From contig DASUFK010000078.1 in assembly GCA_036274615.1 (NCBI GenBank), positions 1-58,030 of the forward strand: a stretch of DNA of 58,030 nt, given 5' to 3'. Position numbers and translations under genes: made by a program. Of this stretch, positions 26,305-34,556 are shown piece by piece (position 1 is the stretch's first letter; each line of letters starts with the position of its first letter). The notes beneath the pieces were generated by a model. The model saw nothing but the letters and a program-made list of their open reading frames with translations, ran no database searches and had not been told where the DNA came from. This DNA comes from Gammaproteobacteria bacterium. Lineage in GTDB: Bacteria > Pseudomonadota > Gammaproteobacteria > Steroidobacterales > Rariloculaceae.

Positions 26305-27834
26305 ATGACACGCTGGGTACTTTCGTTCGCAAGCATGCTGTTCGCCGCCGCCGCGCTCGCGGCCGGCAACTCGCTCCCCGACCTCATCCAGCAGGGCAAG
26401 CGCGCCGAGGCGCTCGCCGCGATCGCCGCCGGCGCCGACGTCAACGCGCCGCAGGGCGACGGCACCACGCCGCTGCACTGGGCGGTCTACAAGGTGGACG
26501 CCGATCTAGTCGCTACGCTGCTGAAGCGCGGCGCCAAGGCAGACGTCGTCAACAAGTACGGCTCGAGCCCGCTCGCCGAAGCCGTGAAGATCGGCAACGC
26601 CGCGCTCGTGAAGGCGCTGCTCGACGCGGGCGCCAGCACCGACTCGCCGAACCAGGACGGCGAGACCGCTCTCATGCTCGCCGCGCGCGTGGGCTCCACC
26701 GACGTCGCGAAGCTGCTCGTGGACCACGGCGCCAACGTCAATGCCGTCGAGTCGTGGAAGAACCAGACCGCGCTCATGTGGGCGGCCGACAGCAACTCGC
26801 CCGAGATCGTGCAGCTCCTGATCGCGCACGGCGCCGACGTGAACACGCGCTCCGTGGCCAACGACTGGGACGCACAGATCACGTCCGAGCCGCGCGCACA
26901 ATACCGGCCCACGGGCGGCTTCACGCCGCTGATCTTCGCCGCGCGCTCGGGCTGCACGCGCTGCGTTCGCGCGATCCTCGACGCCGGCGCCGACATCGAC
27001 CGGCCCAACCCGGACGCCATCACGCCGCTGATGTTCGCGATCGACAACCTGCGCTTCGACACGGCGCGTCTCCTGCTCGACCAAGGCGCGAACCCGCACC
27101 ACCAGGACTGGTACGGGCGCACGGCGCTGTACGTGGCCGTGGACATGAGCTCGTACAACCGCCGCGGCCCGCAGACCGAAGGCGGCGGCGAGACCAGCGC
27201 GCACGACGTGATCCGCATGCTGCTCGAGAAGGGCGTGAACCCGAACTCGCAGTTGAACTTCCACCGTCCCGGGCGCGGCGGCAACAGCGGGCGCTTCGCC
27301 GACGACCTGCTCACCACGGGCTGCACGCCGCTCATCCGCGCAGCCATCGGTCAGGACGTAGAGTCCATCAAGCTGCTGCTCGAGCACGGCGCGCTCGTCG
27401 ACTTGCCGAACGTCATGGGCGTGACGCCGCTCATGGCCGCCACCGGCGTCGGCGTCGGCGGTCTCGGCCGCAGGCCCGGCGGCGAAGGCGGCGGCGACCC
27501 GCAGGCGCGGGTGATGGCCACGCTCGACGTGCTGCTGGCGGCAGGCGCCGACGTCAATGCCAAGATCACCGATATCGCGAGCCGCAGCGCGCGGATCGCG
27601 CGCGCGAGCCAGATGACCGATCGCGGCGGCCAGACCGCGCTCTACGGCGCGGTGAAGAGCGGTTGGGCGCGCGTGGTGCAATACCTGATCGCGCACGGCG
27701 CCAGGGTCGACATCAAGGACGACCTCGGCAAGACGCCGGTCGACGCGGCGCTCGGCAAGGTCGGCGGCCGCGACAACGTGGTCTCGCAAGAAATCGCCGA
27801 CATCCTCAAGAACGCCAGCAAGACCCGCGGCTGA
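26305..27834 (+). CDS. secreted ankyrin-repeat protein
   Basis: Internal ATG of ORF 26050..27834 gives the signal peptide MTRWVLSFASMLFAAAALA. Many 'G.TPLh.A...g....v..LL..GA..n' repeats. Confidence 0.85.
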   Translation: MTRWVLSFASMLFAAAALAAGNSLPDLIQQGKRAEALAAIAAGADVNAPQGDGTTPLHWAVYKVDADLVATLLKRGAKADVVNKYGSSPLAEAVKIGNAALVKALLDAGASTDSPNQDGETALMLAARVGSTDVAKLLVDHGANVNAVESWKNQTALMWAADSNSPEIVQLLIAHGADVNTRSVANDWDAQITSEPRAQYRPTGGFTPLIFAARSGCTRCVRAILDAGADIDRPNPDAITPLMFAIDNLRFDTARLLLDQGANPHHQDWYGRTALYVAVDMSSYNRRGPQTEGGGETSAHDVIRMLLEKGVNPNSQLNFHRPGRGGNSGRFADDLLTTGCTPLIRAAIGQDVESIKLLLEHGALVDLPNVMGVTPLMAATGVGVGGLGRRPGGEGGGDPQARVMATLDVLLAAGADVNAKITDIASRSARIARASQMTDRGGQTALYGAVKSGWARVVQYLIAHGARVDIKDDLGKTPVDAALGKVGGRDNVVSQEIADILKNASKTRG

Positions 27835-27918
27835 AAATAGGGACATGCTGCTTTTTCGCGGCGACGCTCGTGCGCAGGCACGCAGCGTGGGCGCGAAAAG
27901 CAGCATGTCCCTATTTTC
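27833..27918. repeat. about 86-nt hairpin element, family A (arms GAAAATAGGGACATGCTGCTTTTTCGCG / inverse)
   Basis: Left arm 27833-27860 and right arm 27892-27918 are complementary apart from a one-nt bulge. The element starts inside the TGA stop codon of the ankyrin gene and ends 21 nt before the next ATG. Confidence 0.9.
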
Positions 27919-27939
27919 GGCCGGTGTACCATCGATTCG

Positions 27940-28860
27940 ATGGAGCTCACGCGCCGCACCTTGCTCGCGGGTTCCGTGGCGGCGGCCGCGGCGGGTTGGC
28001 TCGCGCCGCGAAGCGCGCGCGCCGCCGACGCCGGCGCCATAGGCATTCAGCTCTGGACGGTGCGCGACGCACTCGCCGCCGACTTCACGGGCACGTTGCG
28101 CCGGCTCCGCGAGCTCGGGTTCACGGAAGTCGAGCCCGCGGGCCTCATGGGCCTCGCGGCAGCGGAGCTCCGCAAGCGGCTCGACGACGCGGGGCTCGCC
28201 GCACCGAGCATTCAAGCGGACCTCTCGGACGCCGCGATCGACGCTTCGCTCGCGGCCGCGCACACGCTTGGCGCGAGCCACGTCGTGAGCTCGATGCTGC
28301 GGCCGGGCAGCGGACCATCACGGTTTCGAGTCCCGGCGGGCGGCCTGCCGCCGGGCGCCCCGCAGCCGATGGCCACGATGACGCTCGACGACGCGAAGCG
28401 CACCGCCGAGCTTGCCAACCGCGTGGGCGAGCGCGCACGCCGAGCGGGCTTGCGCTACGCCTATCACAACCACGACTTCGAGCTCGCGCCGCTGGCGGGC
28501 GGCATCGTCGGTTACGACGTGCTGCTCGCGGAAACCGATCCCGCAGTCGTCGAGCTCGAGCTCGACTGCGGCTGGATGGTGGTCGGCGGTCGCAACCCGA
28601 TCGAGTACTTCGAGCGTTACCCCGGCCGCATTCCACTGATTCACGCGAAGGACTTCCTGCCAGCGAGCAGCGGCGAGCCGGGACCGCGCTTCGGTGCGGA
28701 GCTAGGCCGCGGCACGATCGACTACGCACCGCTGCTCGCCGCCGCCCGCACGCACGGTCTCGAGCACTGCTACGTCGAGCAGGAGGGACCGTACTCGCGA
28801 ATGAGCCAGATCGATTCCGCGGCCGTCGCGTACGACTATCTACGGAGCATTCCACCCTGA
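27940..28860 (+). CDS. sugar phosphate isomerase/epimerase (xylose isomerase-like TIM barrel), TAT-exported
   Basis: 'MELTRRTLLAGS' TAT signal. 'GIQLWTVRD...L..L.ELGFTEVE' and 'YHNHDFE' motifs. Confidence 0.85.
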   Translation: MELTRRTLLAGSVAAAAAGWLAPRSARAADAGAIGIQLWTVRDALAADFTGTLRRLRELGFTEVEPAGLMGLAAAELRKRLDDAGLAAPSIQADLSDAAIDASLAAAHTLGASHVVSSMLRPGSGPSRFRVPAGGLPPGAPQPMATMTLDDAKRTAELANRVGERARRAGLRYAYHNHDFELAPLAGGIVGYDVLLAETDPAVVELELDCGWMVVGGRNPIEYFERYPGRIPLIHAKDFLPASSGEPGPRFGAELGRGTIDYAPLLAAARTHGLEHCYVEQEGPYSRMSQIDSAAVAYDYLRSIPP

Positions 28861-29036
28861 GCCGTCCCGGAACCGACATCCCCGTCCCGGCGGTGGCACT
28901 CCCGCGGCAACCCTATCGCAGCTCGCGCGCACGCCAATCAACGCGTTGCGCGGCATAGGCGTCTGGCACGATTCCTGATACCCGGACGAATTCGAACGAC
29001 TTCGACCTGCGTTGGAGCTCAACCGCCGAGGTAGTC

Positions 29037-31442
29037 ATGAGCACGTTCCTCTTGGACCTGCGTCACTCGCTACGCTCGCTGCGTCGCAGCCCCGGCTTCA
29101 CCGTCGTCGCCGCCCTCACCCTCGCGCTCGGAATCGGGATCAACACCACGATCTTCAGCGGCATCAGTGCGCTGCTGTTGCGGCCGCTGCCCTTCGCGAA
29201 TGCCGGGCAGCTCGTCGTCGTCCAACCCGTTGGACCGACCTCGCCGGCGACCAAAGGGCTGCTCGTCGAGCTGCGAGCGCGGCTCCGCGGCGTCGATGCG
29301 ATCGCCTCCTACAATCTGTGGACGTTCACGCTCAGGGGCGACGGCGCCCCCGAGCGCATGACCGCTGCGCGAGTCACGGGCAATCTGTTCGACGTTCTCG
29401 GCGCGCCGCCGCTGCTCGGCAGAACGCTGCTCCCATCGGACAGCGACTCCGGCGCCGAGCCGGTGGTGGTGTTGAGCTACGGCGCGTGGCAACGGCGCTT
29501 CGGCGGCGACTTGGATGTCGTGGGCCGCACGCTCGACGTGAACCAGGGCGGCAGCAACGGCGGCCCCACTCGAGTGGTCGGCGTAATGCCCAAGAGCTTC
29601 GCATTCCCCACGACCACCGCGGAGATGTGGGCCGCGAACCGGGTAGATCCGGCTGAGGCGGATTTCAATACGGGGTACCTCGAGCTTCTCGGGCGCCTGC
29701 GTCCAGGCGTGAGCGCCGTGGACGCGGAGCGCGAGGTCACCGCAACCGTCGCGGCGTTCTGCGCCGAGCAACCCGGTTGCAACCGGAGCCTGCTCGCCAA
29801 CGCTCGTGTGCTGCCGCTGCGCGAAGCGCTCGTGGGTCCGGTTCGGCCGATATTGCTGCTGCTGCTCGGCGCCGTCGGGTTCGTGCTGCTGATCGCCTGC
29901 GCGAACGTGGCGAACCTGTTGCTCACGCGCGCGGCAGCGCGCGAGCGCGAGCTCGCTATCCGGGCGGCACTCGGGGCGGGGCGTATGCGGGTGGCACGCC
30001 AGCTCCTCACCGAGAGCCTGACGATCGCCGCGATCGGCGGCGGAATAGGCCTTCTCGCCGCGACGTGGGGCACCGGCGTGCTGCGCAGTGCGCTGCCCGG
30101 GAATCTCGTCGGCACGGCCGACATCCGCATAGACCTCCGCGTGCTCGCGTTCGCCTGCGGCGCCGTGCTGCTCGCCACCGTGCTCGCCGGGTTGTTCCCC
30201 GCCACGGGTGCGGCGCGCGGCAACCTGCACGCCACGCTCATCGATCGCGGCGCCGGTGGGCAACGCGGCCGGCGGCGCGCGCTCGGCGCGCTCGTGGCCG
30301 CCGAGTTCGCGCTGGCGCTCGTGCTCGCGGTCGGAGCCGGGCTCATGATCCGCACGTTCGCGAATTTGAGCGCGGAGAATCCGGGCTTCGAGAAAGACGG
30401 CGTGCTTTCTTTGCGGGTGCTGCCTCCGGCCTCGATGCAGGACGGTCCGGTGCACCGCCGGTTCTGGCGCGAGGTGCTCGATCGCCTCGACGCAATGCCC
30501 GGCGTGGAAAGCGCCGGCGCCATCCATCTGTTGCCGCTCGGCACCAGCAACTACGTGAACAATTTGCTGATCGACGGCCGGCCGCTGCCGGACGGCGATC
30601 CGCCGCGCACGATCGACTGGCGCAGCGTCACGCCCGGCTATGTGGAAACGTTGCGCATCCCGCTCGTTCGTGGGCGCCTCTTCACGGCGGCCGAGCACGA
30701 GAGCGACGAGCGTCTGGTCCTGCTGAACGAGACGGCGGCGGCGCGCTACTTCCCCAACGAGGACCCGATCGGCCGGCGCGTGCGCACACCGGCGTTCGAG
30801 AACGATTGGGCCACTGTCGTCGGCGTCGTGGGCGACACCAAGGACCTCGCGTTGGCCACACCGGCGCGGCCGCAGATGTACCGGCTGCATGCACCGTTCA
30901 CCGCCGGCATGACGCTCATGGTTCGTACCGCGGGCGACCCGCTGGCGCTGGCGGCTCCGATCCGCGAGCTCATCCGCTCCATCGACGCCGAGATCGCCGT
31001 CGACGACGTGCAGCCGCTCGCGCAAGTTGCGGCCGACTCGATCGCGCGGCCGCGACTCCTCACCGCGCTGCTGTCGGGCTTCGGTGTGCTCGCGCTGCTG
31101 CTCGGCGCGATTGGGCTCTACGGAGTCATGGCATACGGAACGGTGCAGCGCACGCGCGAGTTCGGCGTCCGTCTCGCGCTCGGCGCGCGCACGGGCGAGG
31201 TTCTCGGTCTCGTCGCCCGCGACGCGATTCGGCTGGCCGGCGTCGGCGTGGGGCTCGGGCTTGCCGGTGCGCTCGCGCTCACGCGGTTGCTCGCAAGCCA
31301 GCTCTACGGCGTGACGGCGCTCGACCCGCTCGTTTTCGTCGGTGCCGCCCTGCTACTGGCCGCGGTCGCGCTCGCCGCTGCGCTCGCGCCGGCTCTGCGC
31401 GCGGCGCGCACCGACCCGATGGCGGCATTGCGCTGGGAATAG
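29037..31442 (+). CDS. ADOP-type duplicated MacB/FtsX-like ABC transporter permease (orphan)
   Basis: 'LRHSLRSLRRSPGFTVVAALTLALGIGINTTIFS' N-terminus. Two MacB_PCD/FtsX halves. 801 aa. Confidence 0.85.
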   Translation: MSTFLLDLRHSLRSLRRSPGFTVVAALTLALGIGINTTIFSGISALLLRPLPFANAGQLVVVQPVGPTSPATKGLLVELRARLRGVDAIASYNLWTFTLRGDGAPERMTAARVTGNLFDVLGAPPLLGRTLLPSDSDSGAEPVVVLSYGAWQRRFGGDLDVVGRTLDVNQGGSNGGPTRVVGVMPKSFAFPTTTAEMWAANRVDPAEADFNTGYLELLGRLRPGVSAVDAEREVTATVAAFCAEQPGCNRSLLANARVLPLREALVGPVRPILLLLLGAVGFVLLIACANVANLLLTRAAARERELAIRAALGAGRMRVARQLLTESLTIAAIGGGIGLLAATWGTGVLRSALPGNLVGTADIRIDLRVLAFACGAVLLATVLAGLFPATGAARGNLHATLIDRGAGGQRGRRRALGALVAAEFALALVLAVGAGLMIRTFANLSAENPGFEKDGVLSLRVLPPASMQDGPVHRRFWREVLDRLDAMPGVESAGAIHLLPLGTSNYVNNLLIDGRPLPDGDPPRTIDWRSVTPGYVETLRIPLVRGRLFTAAEHESDERLVLLNETAAARYFPNEDPIGRRVRTPAFENDWATVVGVVGDTKDLALATPARPQMYRLHAPFTAGMTLMVRTAGDPLALAAPIRELIRSIDAEIAVDDVQPLAQVAADSIARPRLLTALLSGFGVLALLLGAIGLYGVMAYGTVQRTREFGVRLALGARTGEVLGLVARDAIRLAGVGVGLGLAGALALTRLLASQLYGVTALDPLVFVGAALLLAAVALAAALAPALRAARTDPMAALRWE

Positions 31443-31459
31443 CTGCAAACGAAAGACAT

Positions 31460-31491
31460 GGTGTCAGACACCAAAGGTGTCAGACACGAAA
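31460..31491. repeat. two tandem 16-nt family B units in inverse orientation (GGTGTCAGACACCAAA, GGTGTCAGACACGAAA)
   Basis: Reverse complement of the 18949 unit. Lies between the convergent permease and sugar-dehydrogenase genes. Confidence 0.85.
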
Positions 31492-31493
31492 AA

Positions 31494-31522
31494 AGGGTCA
31501 GAAGCCGAAAGGATCTGACCCT
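31494..31522. terminator. hairpin AGGGTCAGA-N11-TCTGACCCT between convergent genes, preceded by an A-run
   Basis: 9-bp perfect stem. GAAAAAA lies 5' on the plus strand, giving a U-tract for the minus-strand transcript. Plausible terminator for the sugar dehydrogenase gene. Confidence 0.45.
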
Positions 31523-31541
31523 GCGTGACTGGCGTCGCCTG

Positions 31542-32807
31542 CTACTTCGCGGCAGTGGGGTCCGGCTCGAGCCTAACGATCGGCGTCGGCTGGCCGAACT
31601 GATTGTCGACCGCGATGTAGATGAAGCCGTCCGGGCCCTGGCGCACGTCGCGGATCCGGTACTTGTCCTTGAGCATGGGCTCGCGGTTCGTGACGACCGG
31701 ACCGTTCAACGAGAAGCGCACCAGCTGCTGATAGTTTCCCGACATCCCGCCCGCGAACGCGTTGCCCTTCCAGTTCGGGAACTTGTCGCCCGTGTAGAAC
31801 ATGAGGCCGGAGATGCCGATCGACGGCACGAAGAACGCCTTCGGCTGCTCCATGCCTTCCTTGTAGCGGTTCGCGTGGATCTCGGTGCCGAGCGTGTAGT
31901 TCGCGCCGTAGCCGATCACCGGCCAGCCGTAGTTCTTGCCCTTCTCGATCACGTTGATCTCGTCGCCGCCTTGCGGGCCGTGCTCGGTCTCCCAGAGCGC
32001 GCCCGTGGCCGGGTTGAACGCGAGGCCCTGCGGATTGCGGTGGCCCCAGCTCCAGACTTCGGGGAGCGCGCCCTGCCGGCCGACGAACGGATTGTCCTGG
32101 GGAATCGAGCCGTCGTCGTTCAAGCGCACGATCTTGCCCTGGCCGCTGCCGAGATTCTGCGCCGGATGACCTTCGAGATTCGGATCCATCGCGCCGTCCG
32201 GCCGCCGCGGGAACAGACCCGCCATGCGATCGCCCACCGACATGTAGAGCTTGCCGTCCGGGCCGAACGCGATGCGCGCGCCGAAGTGGCCCGGCGCGTC
32301 GTTCCACGCCTTGGCCTCGAAGATCTCCTTCACCTCGGCGAGCTTGTCGTTCTCGAGCTTGGCGCGCGCCAGCGCGGTGGTGCCGGTCTTGCCGTTGTCG
32401 CCCGCGCTCGGCTTCGAATAGCTCAGATAGATGAAGTGGTTCTGCGCGAAATTCGGGTGCACGGCCACTTCCTGCATGCCGCCCTGCCCTTGCGCGCGCA
32501 CGGCCGGCACACCCGGCACCGGCGTGGGCAACAGCTTGCCGCCGCGTACGATACGCAGCGCGCCCGGCCGCTCGCCGCTGCCGCGCTCCGTCACCAGCAT
32601 GTCGCCGTTCGGCAGCCACGCCATGCTCCACGGATTCCTGAGCCCTTCGACGACGGTGACCACCTTGAAGGCCTCGCCCGGCGGCCCGGGCGGTTGCGCC
32701 TGAGCCGAAGTAATCCATACGGTGCTCGCGGCCGCGCAAAGCGCCGCCGACAAAGCGAGCGACAGCGTGTGTCGCTTGTTTGAGTCGAAATTCGAAGTCG
32801 ATTGCAT
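31542..32807 (-). CDS. PQQ-dependent sugar dehydrogenase (soluble aldose / sorbosone dehydrogenase, YliI-like)
   Basis: Internal ATG (MQSTSNF...) gives a signal peptide ending AQAQ. 'GLRNPWSMAWLPNGDMLVTER', 'GHRNPQGLAFNP', 'EHGPQGGDEIN' and 'GKNYGWP' motifs. Confidence 0.85.
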   Translation of the reverse strand: MQSTSNFDSNKRHTLSLALSAALCAAASTVWITSAQAQPPGPPGEAFKVVTVVEGLRNPWSMAWLPNGDMLVTERGSGERPGALRIVRGGKLLPTPVPGVPAVRAQGQGGMQEVAVHPNFAQNHFIYLSYSKPSAGDNGKTGTTALARAKLENDKLAEVKEIFEAKAWNDAPGHFGARIAFGPDGKLYMSVGDRMAGLFPRRPDGAMDPNLEGHPAQNLGSGQGKIVRLNDDGSIPQDNPFVGRQGALPEVWSWGHRNPQGLAFNPATGALWETEHGPQGGDEINVIEKGKNYGWPVIGYGANYTLGTEIHANRYKEGMEQPKAFFVPSIGISGLMFYTGDKFPNWKGNAFAGGMSGNYQQLVRFSLNGPVVTNREPMLKDKYRIRDVRQGPDGFIYIAVDNQFGQPTPIVRLEPDPTAAK

Positions 32808-33212
32808 GACGTGTACCCCCCGGTTGTGCGCCGCCGATCGTTGGTGGTTGGCGGGCGGAGCGCCATGCTCGCAGCAAGCACCGTGGCGCGCAATATCCGC
32901 GCGTGCCGGTCGGCATCGAGTGCAACAGGGTGCAGCGAGGTGGCCGTTGCCGAGGCGTGGCCTCGCTGCGGGCATCCCTGCGATCAGACCGTCATGGCGA
33001 GCGACAACTTCCAGGACATTGTCAGCAATGTGAACGAAGTCCCCGAGATCGTCGGCGTGCTCGACGTTCGCTCCGAGGCGCATGCAGCGCGTCGCGGTGC
33101 TTTCCGGAGCGTCGCCCACGGCCGACATCCGCGGAAAAAAGCGCGTTCGGGGTTGCCGGGCCGCGCCTTCCGTCGATAGCATGTCGTCATTCATCGCAAG
33201 GATCAGCGAACA

Positions 33213-34514
33213 TTGGCGCCACGGAGTCAGCGCGCTTCGGGGACTCGTCCCCTCCTAGCCGCCTTTACCTTCGTCCTGCTCTCACTCCTCTATATGGGCG
33301 CCTACGCCCAGGAGGACGCGTCCGCGCTCGGCGCGGAACCGGACGAGTCCTCCCGGCCGCCGCCGGTTGCGGCACCGGCCGACGTCCCCGCTGACGGCGG
33401 CATCGAGCTGCCGAACGGCCCGCCCGAGCCCGCGGCGCCTCCGCCGTCCGCCGAGCCGGCCACGCAGCCGGAAACCGCCGAGCTTCCTCCTGCCGCTCCG
33501 GAAACGCCGGCCGGCTTCGGCAATGCCGGCGTGCTCGCGATGACCAAGGCGGGCTTCACCGAGGGCACCATCCTCGCCGCCATGGCGGCGAATCCCACGA
33601 GCTTCGACGTGCGGCCGAGCGAGCTCGTGGCGCTGAAGAACGAAGGCGTGTCGGAGAGCGTGATCGAGGCGATGCTCACGGCGGAGACCGTGAAGAAGCA
33701 GACGGCCGCGCTCGCTGCCGCGAAGGTCGACGCGCGCGCGCAGCCGGTGCAGCAGATCACCTCCGACGAGTTCGCGAAGCTGTCGGTGATGATCGAGCAG
33801 CTCGCGGCGCGGCAGGAAGCGGCGGCCGCCACCAACCGCGAGCCCGACCCGCCCGCGGCCGTGGACCGCACGCCGCACGCATGGATCGACCGCGCCGGCG
33901 AGCGCGTGGAGATCGCGCCCACCATCGCGCAAGTCGCGTTCACCGACGACCGCGACAGCACCCGCATGAAGACGCTCCAGGGCATCGGCAGCAAGGCGCT
34001 CGCGTTCGCGAACCCGGCGCTCGGCGGCATCACCTCCACGATCGGCAACTTGTTCGGCTCCGACACCGAGCACCGCAGCGCCGTGTGGGCGCTCGCCGGC
34101 ACCACCGCCATGCGCGAGCTCGCCGCCGCGCCGCGGCTCGAGATCGCGTTCAACAACATTCCCGGCGTGAACCCCGACGCGTATCACCCCACGCTCGTGC
34201 GGCTCGTGCCCACCATGGACAACTACCGGCTCGTGGCCGCCGCGAAGACCGAAGGCGCCGGCACCGTGGCGCGCCCGAGCGGCCCGATCATCGAGGAGCT
34301 CGTCGACACCACGGTCACCCGCGTGAGCCGCGGACAGTACCGCGTGCAGCCGGCCACGCAGCTCGACCCCGGTCAGTACGCGCTCGTGCTGCGCCCGATT
34401 CAGAAGAAGGAGCGCCGCAGGGACCGCAAGAACGCGTCGCTCGGCGAGCTGCTCGGCGGCGGCACCACCCAGATCCTGTATCTCACCTGGGATTTCGCAG
34501 TCCCGCCGCGCTGA
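33213..34514 (+). CDS. secreted hypothetical protein with Pro/Ala-rich linker
   Basis: Signal-like N-terminus, about 70-aa P/A/E-rich segment, two short 'L..(K/M).(A/E)G(F/V)(T/S)E..I.A(M)' helical repeats, and a beta-rich C-terminus. No family recognised. Confidence 0.6.
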   Translation: MAPRSQRASGTRPLLAAFTFVLLSLLYMGAYAQEDASALGAEPDESSRPPPVAAPADVPADGGIELPNGPPEPAAPPPSAEPATQPETAELPPAAPETPAGFGNAGVLAMTKAGFTEGTILAAMAANPTSFDVRPSELVALKNEGVSESVIEAMLTAETVKKQTAALAAAKVDARAQPVQQITSDEFAKLSVMIEQLAARQEAAAATNREPDPPAAVDRTPHAWIDRAGERVEIAPTIAQVAFTDDRDSTRMKTLQGIGSKALAFANPALGGITSTIGNLFGSDTEHRSAVWALAGTTAMRELAAAPRLEIAFNNIPGVNPDAYHPTLVRLVPTMDNYRLVAAAKTEGAGTVARPSGPIIEELVDTTVTRVSRGQYRVQPATQLDPGQYALVLRPIQKKERRRDRKNASLGELLGGGTTQILYLTWDFAVPPR

Positions 34515-34556
34515 AATCGTCTCGGCCGGCGCGATCGGCTAGAATCGCGCCCCGCC

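Noticed and set aside
28955-28975. Sigma54-like TGGCAC-N5-CTGAT upstream of the ADOP permease
   Set aside because: The -12 element lacks the conserved TGC, and no enhancer-binding protein is nearby. GCGTCTGGCACG looks more like a degenerate copy of the family B repeat core.
32808-33194. 129-codon N-terminal extension of the sugar dehydrogenase ORF
   Set aside because: A standard signal peptide starts at the internal Met (32807), so the enzyme almost certainly starts there. The upstream part is kept only as an open question in the findings.
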